Origin: a virus
Taxonomy: Duplodnaviria > Caudoviricetes
Virus record (IMG/VR): IMGVR_UViG_3300044858_004015
Location: 1-62,651 of that record
Strand: one strand, 5' to 3'
DNA: 62,651 nt
A program made the position numbers and the translations under genes. A model generated the notes under the pieces. It worked only from the letters and a program-made list of their open reading frames with translations, did no database searches and was not told the origin of the DNA. Positions 27,567-37,559 of the stretch are shown one piece after another; position 1 is the stretch's first letter; each line of letters begins with the position of its first letter.

Positions 27567-28078
27567 GTTTTATTCCTTAAGGCTTTGATGATTTCTGCCA
27601 GTGCATCGCCGCTTAGTAATCCTGCTACTGGATTGATCTTGTTCATCGCCTTTCGGTAGAGTATCAAACCGACGATCGCGATGAAACCGATTAAGACCGC
27701 CAGGGACAGGACTAGCAGCATCAGCTTCCAAACCAGACCGATAAGTCGATCGACCAGATTTTGAAGCGGTGTCCATCGCTTTTCTACCGCCTCGAATCTC
27801 TCGCCGATCCGATCGATCATGCGGGTACGCTCTCGGATCTCGCCAAGGTCTGGAATTGCGTCTCGCAGCCTAGCCTCCAGTCGCTCGTTTACCTTTTCTT
27901 CGATCGCAGCGACACGCCGGTCGACCATGTCAGCGATCGGCCCGCGACCCTCCGTTGCGGCCTTTTGTAGCTCTGCATCTGGCAAATAGCCATCGACTCG
28001 GCGATATTCCTGTTCCTGAGCGTAAGCCGCTAAGGATACAAATAATGCGAAAACCAATAGCAAATACTTCACGGTCAC
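27563..28078 (-). CDS. Exported/membrane coiled-coil protein (lysis cassette candidate)
   Basis: Signal peptide KYLLLVFALFVSLAAYA plus a C-terminal TM; GTGA start/stop overlap. Confidence 0.55.
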   Translation of the reverse strand: MTVKYLLLVFALFVSLAAYAQEQEYRRVDGYLPDAELQKAATEGRGPIADMVDRRVAAIEEKVNERLEARLRDAIPDLGEIRERTRMIDRIGERFEAVEKRWTPLQNLVDRLIGLVWKLMLLVLSLAVLIGFIAIVGLILYRKAMNKINPVAGLLSGDALAEIIKALRNKT

Positions 28079-28872
28079 ACCTTCACGGGTTGGAGTTCTG
28101 GATAAATCATGCCTTCTGGCGCGTAGATTACGTGCGAGCTGTATCGATGCTCGACTTGTTGTTTTAATGCCTTGGGCTCGTTCTCGTTGCATCCGTCTCC
28201 GTCCCACATCCCCCAAGAATTGATGCGACGATATAGGCTGCCCTTCTTAGTCCAGAGAGTGGTCGAGTGGCCACCGCCACCATTACCAACGTAGTTGGTG
28301 ACTATGGTTCTGCTGACCGAGTTGTCCCAGATGATCCCGTCCTGAACCGGTAACCCCATATCGAGAGCTTCCGCGATCAGTTCATAATCGCGTGTTGGTT
28401 GAGAGGCCACCAGTTTGAACGGAAACGATATTCCAGCCGGTTGCCGTGGATCGTAGCTTGGTGGGTACGGCCAATCCTCTTCTAAGCATAGACCGTGTTG
28501 AGTCGCCACCCACTGGCCAGCGGAAAGCGTTGATCCGCGATCGCCCTGAATACCGTCTTTCTTTTGGGAAAGATAGTAAGCAGCAGCGCGGGAAAAGTAA
28601 TCGACCCTACCGGTAGCCAGCCAGTAGCAAATCGTAAAGATCAGTGCTAGCGCATGACCTTGGCAGGCCCCCTGGCTCTTTTGATCCAATGGGGCAAATA
28701 GCGTCGAAGGGTGAACATCGACATTAAACGTCGGCTTGTTCTCCCGCACAGCCTTGAGCATTGCGTGAGGGCTCATCCCCTGTGACATCAATAGCGGCTT
28801 TTGTTCCGCCATGATGGCGTAGCCCATCGCTCCAATGGGTAGCTCTCTGTCTTCGGTGTGCCCTTGGCTCAT
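28075..28872 (-). CDS. Papain-like (C1 family) cysteine peptidase
   Basis: DQKSQGACQGHA (Gln/Cys), GGGHST (His), INSWG (Asn). Confidence 0.85.
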   Translation of the reverse strand: MSQGHTEDRELPIGAMGYAIMAEQKPLLMSQGMSPHAMLKAVRENKPTFNVDVHPSTLFAPLDQKSQGACQGHALALIFTICYWLATGRVDYFSRAAAYYLSQKKDGIQGDRGSTLSAGQWVATQHGLCLEEDWPYPPSYDPRQPAGISFPFKLVASQPTRDYELIAEALDMGLPVQDGIIWDNSVSRTIVTNYVGNGGGGHSTTLWTKKGSLYRRINSWGMWDGDGCNENEPKALKQQVEHRYSSHVIYAPEGMIYPELQPVKV

Positions 28873-28910
28873 GTCACTTGTCCTTGAAAACTGATCGATT
28901 ATCCAGGATG

Positions 28911-29339
28911 CTATCTGCAATCTGGCCCGTTGCACTTTGGGAAATACGATGGAATGTACGGCGATGAATACGCTGGAACGTTGAATTTCAACGATTCCTG
29001 GTATCGTCTTGGCGTGATAGTCGTCGTCCTGGTAACTGGAGCCGCAAGAGTTGGAAATCCAACCGGGATGCCATCAACAGCGACGATCCTCTCACCAGGA
29101 GCCAGATTGAAGCCGCTCGGCTGAGAAGCCTGCGACGCAACTGACGACTGAGATCGAAGCTTCAGCGATTCTTCGATTCCGGCTAGCCTGCTTTCAATTG
29201 AATCAAGTCGCCGTAGTACTTCCGATTCGCTTGGAAATGATACTTGAGCCAGCGCGTTGCCCGTAAGGACCGCAATCAAGACGATTGCCACCGAAACAGG
29301 TAGGCAACCGAAATTATTTCGTCGAGGAATCGAGTTCAT
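28911..29339 (-). CDS. Exported hypothetical protein
   Basis: Signal peptide ending ALA-Q; short coiled coil; C-terminal CNGPDCR. Confidence 0.6.
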   Translation of the reverse strand: MNSIPRRNNFGCLPVSVAIVLIAVLTGNALAQVSFPSESEVLRRLDSIESRLAGIEESLKLRSQSSVASQASQPSGFNLAPGERIVAVDGIPVGFPTLAAPVTRTTTITPRRYQESLKFNVPAYSSPYIPSYFPKCNGPDCR

Positions 29340-30160
29340 TTTACTTTCTCCAGTGCGAGTGAAATTTCATTCAGCGCCGCGAACCAATCTTCACGGCTGA
29401 ACTGTGTTTTCGTTTGTGCTGCGATCAACGCTGCATTGATCGCCAAATGCCAAGCCTTCCATCCTTCAGCGTTTGAAGTGCTGACCGATTTCTGCTGGAC
29501 AACGATCCAGGCTAATAGGTTCTTGTCAGGATTGGCTGCGTCTTCGTGCTTGGACGAGTAGACCGACTTCAAGCTTGGTCGACCATACAGAAAATCAGCA
29601 GACTGCCGATAGATTCGAGCGTACTCCCTGGCAGTGCCAGGCTCCCTGGGTGCCTTCGAGAACGCAACAGCCCCAAGGCCGTATTTGTTAGGAACATCAT
29701 CAGGCGTTGGGCCTGGGTTTGGTCCTGGACCTGGGCCGGGGCTCGTGCCGTCGATATCCAAAACAAACTGCTGATCCTCGAAGATATCCCGCTTGAAATC
29801 GAATACAGTAACTTCAATCCATATTCGACCAGCTCCAGAAATCTCCCAAAATCCGTTGCCGAGGCTTTTCACCTCCAGGGGATTGCGGCTTGAATCGCTG
29901 GCTCTGATTTTTGTCTTCGTGCTGGGATCTTTGGCTAGAACACGAACAATTCCTACTGGATTTAGCGAGATCGACTGACCGTTGATTTTTTCGACTAGAA
30001 TCGAGTCGCCAAAAATCTGGGGATCTGCGACTCCGGCTATCTTATGCCGCACGCCCGCAGAGACGGCAGCGGTTGACTCTAGTATCTGCGCGTTGGAATT
30101 ACCGCAGAAGCCAGCGAAGGCTATAACCAAGGCAATCTGTATTAAAGTCGGCCTATTCAT
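29336..30160 (-). CDS. Exported protein with a PGPGPGPNP linker
   Basis: Signal peptide ending SNA-Q; beta domain, Pro-Gly linker, helical domain. Confidence 0.65.
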   Translation of the reverse strand: MNRPTLIQIALVIAFAGFCGNSNAQILESTAAVSAGVRHKIAGVADPQIFGDSILVEKINGQSISLNPVGIVRVLAKDPSTKTKIRASDSSRNPLEVKSLGNGFWEISGAGRIWIEVTVFDFKRDIFEDQQFVLDIDGTSPGPGPGPNPGPTPDDVPNKYGLGAVAFSKAPREPGTAREYARIYRQSADFLYGRPSLKSVYSSKHEDAANPDKNLLAWIVVQQKSVSTSNAEGWKAWHLAINAALIAAQTKTQFSREDWFAALNEISLALEKVK

Positions 30161-30410
30161 CGGGTTCCCCAGTTAGCGGCATTTCGCCGGGATCTGTTAC
30201 TTTTCGGTCTCGCCACCACAGCCACAGTTTGACAGCGAGAATGATTAAATTTGCAATCGTCCAAATATCAAATCCAAATGTCGCCAGCTTCTTTTCAAGC
30301 AATTCTTTCCGAGCCTGCTCTGAATCAGCCTCCAGGTAACACTCCCGAGCAAGCCGTCTACATAGCTTGCGATTGTGTATTGATAGTTGCTGATTGTTCA
30401 TTTTCTTCAA
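30153..30410 (-). CDS. Small membrane protein (holin-like candidate)
   Basis: TM FDIWTIANLIILAVKLWLWW; first gene of the cassette. Confidence 0.5.
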   Translation of the reverse strand: MKKMNNQQLSIHNRKLCRRLARECYLEADSEQARKELLEKKLATFGFDIWTIANLIILAVKLWLWWRDRKVTDPGEMPLTGEPDE

Positions 30411-30419
30411 TATGCCAAC

Positions 30420-31013
30420 TTAGATATCAATTACGCCCTGGAAGAATAATGTTCCTTCATTAAAACCGTTTACATAAAAATTCTGCGTATCAATAACTTC
30501 CCAATGACCGACAGGCGTTCGGTGCATAGAAAGCTGACACCTGAGCATTTCGAACTTTGTTCCACCGCCAATGATGTGAGCCTTCTGAACTATGGTGCAT
30601 GGAAAGCAGACGCTTCTCAGTGCATTGGTCGTACACACAAACCAGAAGATGTACGAATAATTTTTTCTCAGAAAATCGCCGACAGCGCCTTGAAGAATCT
30701 TCCCGTTGGTCGTTACTAATCCGCCCGCTCGGTTAATCGCATTGGCAACTTCAGGATCAAACATAGACAGTTCAAGATTGGTCGATGCCGTCATCGACAT
30801 GAACTGTTCTTCGATAGAATCGCCAGCCTTGCCACCGTTTCTATCGCCGGGTACTGGGTAGTTATGCTGCTCAAGCTGAATTTGAATCTCGTCGGCTGAT
30901 TCACCTAGCTTGGCGAACGATCCCTTAGACTGATTGGAGCCACCAATCGAATAGTCGAAGGGACACGCGACGAAGATATCGACCTTGCCGGGTACTACTA
31001 TGTATTCAGCCAT
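30420..31013 (-). CDS. Tail-tube-like protein, paralog 2
   Basis: Highly similar to 31034..31648 (MAEYIVVPGK.DIF, KLGESADEI, VPGDRNGG.AGD.IEEQFMS). Confidence 0.55.
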   Translation of the reverse strand: MAEYIVVPGKVDIFVACPFDYSIGGSNQSKGSFAKLGESADEIQIQLEQHNYPVPGDRNGGKAGDSIEEQFMSMTASTNLELSMFDPEVANAINRAGGLVTTNGKILQGAVGDFLRKNYSYIFWFVCTTNALRSVCFPCTIVQKAHIIGGGTKFEMLRCQLSMHRTPVGHWEVIDTQNFYVNGFNEGTLFFQGVIDI

Positions 31014-31033
31014 TTTTACCTTGCTTTTCTAGC

Positions 31034-31648
31034 TTAGGTCAAAGCTGGAATGCCCGTCATGTCGCGATCGAATAGGACGTTTGCCTTGCTATTGACGTTG
31101 TTGTCTGCCAGTCCCCAGTGCCCTGACGGCGCGCGGTGCATAGAGAAAGAACAGCGAAGCATTTCAAACTTCGTTCCACCTCCAAGGATGTGAGCCTGTT
31201 GGACGATGGCGCATGGGAAGTTGACTGAGCGGCTAGCATCGATAGTCGCCCGAAACGTGAGTCGGTACGATCGATCTTTTCGAAGGAACCCGCCGACTGC
31301 ACTTTGAGGAATACGGCCTGGAGTCGCCATCAATCCGCCTGCACGCATGAGAGCGTTGGCAACTTCTGGATCGAAGATAGATAGTTCAAGATTGCAGCTC
31401 GCTCGCTGCGACATGAATTGTTCTTCGATCGGATCGCCGGCACGACCACCATTGCGGTCGCCGGGAACAGAATAATTTTGCTGCTCCATGGCAATGTGTA
31501 TTTCGTCAGCAGACTCGCCGAGCTTCGTTGGGGTGCCAATTGGAACGTTGACCAATACCGGAGGCGTTGCGGTGTTGTAGACGCTGTACGCAAAATTACA
31601 CGCCAGAAAGATATCGATCTTGCCAGGAACTACGATGTATTCAGCCAT
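31034..31648 (-). CDS. Tail-tube-like protein, paralog 1
   Basis: About 200 aa, beta-rich, immediately after the connector gene. Confidence 0.55.
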   Translation of the reverse strand: MAEYIVVPGKIDIFLACNFAYSVYNTATPPVLVNVPIGTPTKLGESADEIHIAMEQQNYSVPGDRNGGRAGDPIEEQFMSQRASCNLELSIFDPEVANALMRAGGLMATPGRIPQSAVGGFLRKDRSYRLTFRATIDASRSVNFPCAIVQQAHILGGGTKFEMLRCSFSMHRAPSGHWGLADNNVNSKANVLFDRDMTGIPALT

Positions 31649-31654
31649 GACTTA

Positions 31655-32164
31655 TCACAATCCTCCGCGCTGTCGTTGCCCCTGATCAGGAAAGTATCGC
31701 CCCATCCGATCCGGCAGTAGGTTCAAGCTTTCGAGCTGCACGGCGCTCATGTGAGCCACCGTCAAATTTCCCGATTCCAGCTTCTCTGGAATGCCAAAAA
31801 TATTTTCGCCCTTACGAAGACGGTTTAGGTGTCCTCTGGCGACTTCACAAATCTTCTCAGCCGTCTCTAGGGCGATCTTATTTGGTCGCCGTTGAATCAG
31901 CAGACACATAGCCAAGTCGCAGTTGACTCGGATCAAGTGTGATTGATTTAGCCCATCTAACTCATCGAGGTCTTCTTCGGTGTAGTTCCCGCCAGTCTGG
32001 AGGCCTACAACGATTTCACCCGCCGCGTCATCGAGTGCCGATGCGACTTTTGCTTCAGCAAGAACCTGGCCAAGTGTTAGTTCGACCATATCGTCCGAGC
32101 AGAGGTCTCCGATCAGTCGATAGTCATAACGGTTGGTCAGGTCATTGGCTGAAGCAAAAGCCAT
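31655..32164 (-). CDS. Mu gp36-like head-tail connector (DUF1320-like)
   Basis: MAFASANDLTNRY...ALDDAAGEI...L.RVNCDLA..LL...L..LRKGE; follows the capsid gene. Confidence 0.8.
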   Translation of the reverse strand: MAFASANDLTNRYDYRLIGDLCSDDMVELTLGQVLAEAKVASALDDAAGEIVVGLQTGGNYTEEDLDELDGLNQSHLIRVNCDLAMCLLIQRRPNKIALETAEKICEVARGHLNRLRKGENIFGIPEKLESGNLTVAHMSAVQLESLNLLPDRMGRYFPDQGQRQRGGL

Positions 32165-32189
32165 CGCGGGGTTTTTCCATCAGGCCAAA

Positions 32190-33230
32190 TTAGGCCAAAA
32201 CGTTTTGGAACCAGAAGCCGGTCGCAGGAGCGGTAACCACCGCACAAACATCATCGACCACGCTTCCCAAATGCCGACGATTGTCAGTATCGTCCTTTGA
32301 CTCAACGCTCATTTCTTCGTAGGCGAAGATCGTCAACGTCGAGAACTCTGGCCCTTCGTTTTCATTGCCAAGTTCCCCGACCTTGGACAGCATGAATACG
32401 CTGCCGTCTGGGAATACCCGAGTGCGAACCGCCGAAGCAGCGCCGCGACGGCTAGTCACCATCACAGCACGTTCGATTGAAATGTCGAAGCCATAGAGCT
32501 GGTCAGGCAATCCATACTTATGGAATTTGCCTTGCTTGCCCTTGACTTGATCCAAGGCATCAGGCGATCCCTTGATGTGATCGACGATCTCCTGGCACAA
32601 GGAAACTTTCTTGGCCGTGTTGGGGCTCATGACGATATGGAATTGGCTTGGATCGACAGCCGCCAAGGTGTCCAGTTCAATCAGTTCGCTGCCATGGAAC
32701 AGGGACCGCTTGATATCCTGCCGAGCAGTCGTCGAGGCTTCCCACGTTCCGGCATTTCCGGCGATCGAAGCAACCGCTGAAACGTGCGATGCGTCCCAGT
32801 TGGCCGCATTAGTCAGAGCTTGAACCGCCAGGCGAGTACGACTGGTCATGGCTCGCTGGGCAGCAATCGCCCCGTGAGTGCCGGAAATATCCCAGTCGGC
32901 TTGCTCCTTGGCTTTCTGGCCGAGCTTGAACGGGAATGCGTGTCGCTGGGTGCGGTAAGGCAGCCAGGCGAATTGCTCGGTCCCGTCATTATGCTGAGGA
33001 CGATCAGCGCCATCAGCCCAGACGGTTTCGTCGGTGTTGCCGCCAACCAGTCGACCGGCTTGCTCTGCGTTGATTCGCAGGTAATAGCCTTCGTCTTTTT
33101 GGACGGTCTTAAGCTGAGCGTATTGGTGAAGATCAAACTTATTCGGGTTCCGAGAGAACTCGACTTTAAGCTTGCCAGATGCAGCAAAGCTGCGGACGTA
33201 GGTGTTTGAACCGCCAGGAAGAGCAGACAT
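32190..33230 (-). CDS. Major capsid protein
   Basis: 346 aa; order protease-cement-capsid-connector; HIVMSP, LYGFDISI and C-terminal GFWFQNVLA resemble HK97-fold capsids. Confidence 0.82.
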   Translation of the reverse strand: MSALPGGSNTYVRSFAASGKLKVEFSRNPNKFDLHQYAQLKTVQKDEGYYLRINAEQAGRLVGGNTDETVWADGADRPQHNDGTEQFAWLPYRTQRHAFPFKLGQKAKEQADWDISGTHGAIAAQRAMTSRTRLAVQALTNAANWDASHVSAVASIAGNAGTWEASTTARQDIKRSLFHGSELIELDTLAAVDPSQFHIVMSPNTAKKVSLCQEIVDHIKGSPDALDQVKGKQGKFHKYGLPDQLYGFDISIERAVMVTSRRGAASAVRTRVFPDGSVFMLSKVGELGNENEGPEFSTLTIFAYEEMSVESKDDTDNRRHLGSVVDDVCAVVTAPATGFWFQNVLA

Positions 33231-33345
33231 ACGCAGGGTCTCCGTTGCGTGTGCCAGCTCCGTTGTTCGGTCGCCTACACTATGTTAGAACTGAAAATTT
33301 GACTTTGAAACTAAAAACTAAACTCGAAACAAAAATCCGGTCAGG

Positions 33346-33747
33346 TTACGGCATCACGCCGCGAACGATCGTACACTTGACGCGTTGACCGGCAGCGGTC
33401 GCTGAAGTGTGGGCTTCAGCCGAATAATGCTGTCCGGTAGTAGCCGCAACAGCACGCCCCTGAGCGTCAGGCTTCAGGTAGACAGGTCCACTCGTGATGG
33501 TGATCGAACCACCAGCCTCGACTTCGCAGGTGTCACCGATCCCATACGCCAGCATTTCCTGGCCAGTACGAGCCGCAAAGCGATCCGTCATGCCTGGAAT
33601 CGGAGCATCAACCGTGCCTTCTTGCGAGACGCCATAGGCGACCGTATCGGCAGCGGCCTCGGCCATCCTTAACTCGCCACTTTGTCGAACGAACCGTGAA
33701 GGCCGCACATTGGCGGAAGCGATAAAAGTCCTTGGAGCTGACTGCAT
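33346..33747 (-). CDS. Capsid cement/decoration protein
   Basis: GVSQEG...VEAGGSIT...LKPDAQGRAVAA...ATAAGQRV (DUF2190-like pattern). Confidence 0.75.
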   Translation of the reverse strand: MQSAPRTFIASANVRPSRFVRQSGELRMAEAAADTVAYGVSQEGTVDAPIPGMTDRFAARTGQEMLAYGIGDTCEVEAGGSITITSGPVYLKPDAQGRAVAATTGQHYSAEAHTSATAAGQRVKCTIVRGVMP

Positions 33748-33805
33748 GTTTTTTACCTACTGCAAAAACGTTGAAACGTGTGAAAAACTGTGTGCGGGGT
33801 TGGGA

Positions 33806-35410
33806 CTAGGCTACAATGCCACGTTCGCGAGCCAATTCGTCGGCCACTTCGTCGTAGCTTCGAACTTTGCCCGAGTGCATCGCTGCCGTGCATCGCTTGA
33901 CGACTTCATCGTTGAATGCTTGGGAATATCGCTCCTTCGTCGCATCCTTCGAAGGCAATTCCCCGTCAGGGATCATGCCCTTTGGCGGCGACGACTGAGC
34001 CGCATATCGCTCGATCGTCTGGCAGTGTGCATCGAACTCGTCGTCGGTCATCTCGGAACCAGCCGAGTACAAAACTCGACTCAATTCTTCGTCAAGATTC
34101 GCTTCAATGGCGGAATACTTTTGAGACATCTGCTGGAGCCGAAACGCGCGCTGTGCGTCGGTTCGCTCCTGCATCAGATTCCCAACGGCAGATCGAAGCT
34201 TTCCGGTTTCTTCGAGCAATTCCTGATGCTTGCCGATCAGGTCTTCAACGAATTCTTGTGAATATTTTTCAGCCACGACTTCTTCATCTCCTGAAATAGA
34301 ATTTCGCATCAACGCCCCACCAACCGCACCAGCCATTAACGGAGCCGCCAAGGCTGGTAGCGCGTATGGGTCTTTTTGTCCTGGAGGTTGCCCGCCAGAA
34401 GGTAGGTTCAGCGGATCGCCAGGGTTGCCTGGCTGGCTGTCCGAAATGCCAGTAGCCGGAGCCACGGACGGACTAGGCTGGCCGATCGCTCCTGGATCTT
34501 GAGGAAGACCCGCAGGCGGCTGGCCGGGGATCTGCTGCCCTGGAATACCGCCCATCTGCTGCTGACCACTCTTCATGAATCCTTCGAGCGCTGCAAGCCT
34601 TGGCTCGATCGCATTCGAGATCGCATTGACCAGTTGATTCATTTCTTCTGGAGTGATAGGCATTGAACTTCCTGCCGGTTGTGCTTGATATTTTTGATGA
34701 TCTTCAGTTCCGCGAATGTAGGTGTTTCCACCGCCTGGAAGCGCGAGCGATGGAGCCATGATTGAGTAGCGTTCAATCATAACCCCATCATCCTCGATCG
34801 CTCCGTAATAAGCAGGTGGGAGGTCTAATCGCGGTGCCTCAGCACCTAAACATGCTATGGGATCAAAAAAATTTCTACTCGAATCTGCATATCGCATCAG
34901 CTCGACTGATCGCCTTGGCTTTTGGTCCACAACTCCGATGTATCTCGGCTTATGAAATTCATCGCCAAAGATTGAATATTTCTGCTGCTGATCGCCAATC
35001 ATTCCAATGCGAAAGCAGCCGGAATAGCCGACGATCTGTGGTTCGCCAGCACTTGGATCATTGCTTGTGTGCTTGTCGATTAGTGCGGGGTACAATCCAA
35101 CTTCGCGACTTCGGCGATTCAGATTTTTGCAGATCGCGCTGAGTTCATTGGGACCGACAACAAATGGTCCGCTGCGAGTGTTGATTGTGTGTTCGGTGAA
35201 ATGGCATACCGATGGAAGATGTCGATAACCAGCAAATTTCTGCTGAGCCTGATAGCGTTCTGTACCTGGATTCGCCATGTCCCAAGCATTCCATACAGCC
35301 TGATTCCTTTGCGAAGCATTGGGAATCGCGGCCATAGACGAACGATGCGCGCGAATACAGAAGTCTTCGCAGCTCTCTCCGTTCATTGGCGTTGGGACGA
35401 TAGGTATCAC
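33806..35410 (-). CDS. Mu-like prohead protease/scaffold fusion
   Basis: ALIDKH, RRSVEL and IACLGAEAP in the N-terminal half; Pro/Gly linker; coiled-coil C-terminus; upstream of cement and capsid. Confidence 0.7.
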   Translation of the reverse strand: MIPIVPTPMNGESCEDFCIRAHRSSMAAIPNASQRNQAVWNAWDMANPGTERYQAQQKFAGYRHLPSVCHFTEHTINTRSGPFVVGPNELSAICKNLNRRSREVGLYPALIDKHTSNDPSAGEPQIVGYSGCFRIGMIGDQQQKYSIFGDEFHKPRYIGVVDQKPRRSVELMRYADSSRNFFDPIACLGAEAPRLDLPPAYYGAIEDDGVMIERYSIMAPSLALPGGGNTYIRGTEDHQKYQAQPAGSSMPITPEEMNQLVNAISNAIEPRLAALEGFMKSGQQQMGGIPGQQIPGQPPAGLPQDPGAIGQPSPSVAPATGISDSQPGNPGDPLNLPSGGQPPGQKDPYALPALAAPLMAGAVGGALMRNSISGDEEVVAEKYSQEFVEDLIGKHQELLEETGKLRSAVGNLMQERTDAQRAFRLQQMSQKYSAIEANLDEELSRVLYSAGSEMTDDEFDAHCQTIERYAAQSSPPKGMIPDGELPSKDATKERYSQAFNDEVVKRCTAAMHSGKVRSYDEVADELARERGIVA

Positions 35411-35628
35411 GGCTTTTCTGTCTCCGACTGGCTTGTTTCAACTAAGACAATCCTGCCGTCTTGAACTGTCAGCTTTAGCGAGAAAACGCCAAACGCCTTG
35501 GCCTTTTTGGCTAGACACTCGCTCAGCTTGTCTCGAAGAGTTTTACAGGCAGTGTCGAACTGTTGATCAATAGTTGCGTTCATGCGTTCTAAAATTGCCG
35601 ATTTTTGAAAAAACAGAAAGGGGAAAAA

Positions 35629-37209
35629 CTAGCTTAGTGAATATCTAGGATTGCTAATCCAATTCATCCAAGCACGAACAGAAAACGGAACTGGGTCAAA
35701 TTCATCGCTACTCGAGCGCGAATCGTCGAAACTTGATTCGGCTTCGGCCCAATGATTCTCTAGCGACTGGCGGAATCCCGGCCCGAGCATGTCGATCGCT
35801 CGATCCATCACTTCGGGAGAATCGATTTTTGGCTCCTGCTTAAGACCAGTACGGAAAGCGTCTAGCAATGCCTCTTCCGGTCCCCATTTGCCCATGGTTA
35901 AGTGCGGATAGTGCCGAAGAGCTAGATCGACGTATTCGTCGAAACCCTTGATACTATCGCCGTCTTGAGCCCGCTTGGTCTGCTGAACAAAACTTCCAAG
36001 CGACTGGCCTTTGGCCTTCATTAAACCATGGATTCCGCGAATCCCCTCGTTCCATTCCTGGGCCTCAGAAACCATAGTCTTAAAAGCTTCTGGGACCATC
36101 TGCTCAAGTGCGACCTGCGCTTCGTAGTTGTCATCGCCGATCTGATCGTGAATCGCCTTCATCATTCGAGCCCGCAACTGCGGAGAAAACTCAGGCTTTG
36201 GCGCTGGTGGCCTTGGTGGCTCGGCTGGAGCCGGCTGCTGCTCTTGCGACGACGGGCTGACAGTGCCCCCCGTGTTATCCTGAGCATTTTCTTGGCTTTT
36301 CGACTGACCGTCAGACATTGGGCTGACACTGTCAGCGGGCTGACTGACACTGTCAGCGGACTGACTTTGGCGGCTTGGAGTCAGCCCCATTTTCCGTTCG
36401 ACTACACTACGAAAATCAGGGTTTTCTAGCATCCTCTTGCGGTCGAATCGCGTAGCGCTTTGGAACTGCCTGAATGCCGACTCTTCATCGTCAGAAAACG
36501 CTGGAGTCCCACGATTTTGAGATCCAAGCTTGTCGCGAATCTTTTCGGGATCGAAAAACCGGCTTCCAGAATCAAGCCGCTCTGCCAGGAATCGAGGGAT
36601 CATTCCATTGGCATTCACAAAATCAGAGATCCTTGCTCCGTTTTGCTCCCCGTGCTTGTGGTCGAGATCATTGATTCTCGCAAGCGTCGCGCGAACGGCA
36701 TTCTTATCGACCTGAGACCAGGCGTATTCTTTATCCTGCTCAGTCTGCGCCTGGTCGACTCTTGCAAGGTGGCTTGCCAGTTCTTTGCCAAGACTCTGGA
36801 GGGTCGACTTGGTGTTTTGATCTAGGACGGATAAGTGTAGGGCGTGACCGCGCTGGACCGTGTCTGGAAGAGCTGCGACCTCGCGCCGGCGAGTGCTTCG
36901 GAATTGACCACCAGGGGAAGGACGTCCAGAAGCTTGCGGAAATGGCGACTGCTGGCCTGGCGGTCGGACTTGTTGAGCCTGGATCGACGTCGAGCTTCCT
37001 GATTGCCCGCCAGGTTGCTCAGACGATCGAAACTGGCCGCCTTCCGGCCGTCCGGCCGTATGTCTCGGGTGATCCGATTCGCTCCACTGGTATCGGTGGA
37101 CGTAAAACGGAATGAGATCGCTGACGAGCGACAAGAAATCGCCTGGCTTGTTTTGTTGCATTGAAGGTTCTCCGTCTTCGAGGCTATCGAAAACGCGAAA
37201 AACTTTCAA
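35629..37209 (-). CDS. Putative head-packaged protein with a WxESxHPR...GGQF motif
   Basis: HRYQWSESDHPRHTAGRPEGGQF is shared with modules of the giant protein; the true start may be the internal MQQNKP. Confidence 0.65.
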   Translation of the reverse strand: MKVFRVFDSLEDGEPSMQQNKPGDFLSLVSDLIPFYVHRYQWSESDHPRHTAGRPEGGQFRSSEQPGGQSGSSTSIQAQQVRPPGQQSPFPQASGRPSPGGQFRSTRRREVAALPDTVQRGHALHLSVLDQNTKSTLQSLGKELASHLARVDQAQTEQDKEYAWSQVDKNAVRATLARINDLDHKHGEQNGARISDFVNANGMIPRFLAERLDSGSRFFDPEKIRDKLGSQNRGTPAFSDDEESAFRQFQSATRFDRKRMLENPDFRSVVERKMGLTPSRQSQSADSVSQPADSVSPMSDGQSKSQENAQDNTGGTVSPSSQEQQPAPAEPPRPPAPKPEFSPQLRARMMKAIHDQIGDDNYEAQVALEQMVPEAFKTMVSEAQEWNEGIRGIHGLMKAKGQSLGSFVQQTKRAQDGDSIKGFDEYVDLALRHYPHLTMGKWGPEEALLDAFRTGLKQEPKIDSPEVMDRAIDMLGPGFRQSLENHWAEAESSFDDSRSSSDEFDPVPFSVRAWMNWISNPRYSLS

Positions 37210-37520
37210 ACTGCATCTGCTTTCTCAGCCAGCAAAAGATTCAGCCTGGCCCGCCGCGAAGCTAGATCCTCTTCCTGTCCTGAAATCGTCCCTTTCAGGA
37301 TATCCGTAGCTATCTTGTCTAATTCTCTCCGACGATTCAGATCCGCCTTTGCTTGTCGAATCAATGCCATCGTCGCCCACTTCGTAAAATTGTGATTGTC
37401 GGAAGCAAAAAAACCCTTTAGGACATTGCGCCAGACTACGTCGGGGACACGACCAATCTGGCGGCATTTTGTCTTTCCGGTTCGCTTGCGTCCGGTTTTG
37501 TGCTTTGTAAAACGCTTCAT
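37206..37520 (-). CDS. Basic hypothetical protein (possibly DNA-binding)
   Basis: K/R-rich N-terminus. Confidence 0.5.
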   Translation of the reverse strand: MKRFTKHKTGRKRTGKTKCRQIGRVPDVVWRNVLKGFFASDNHNFTKWATMALIRQAKADLNRRRELDKIATDILKGTISGQEEDLASRRARLNLLLAEKADAV

Positions 37521-37559
37521 GCTCTATTGCTCCAATGTCGTATCAACTTGGGCTTGCTG

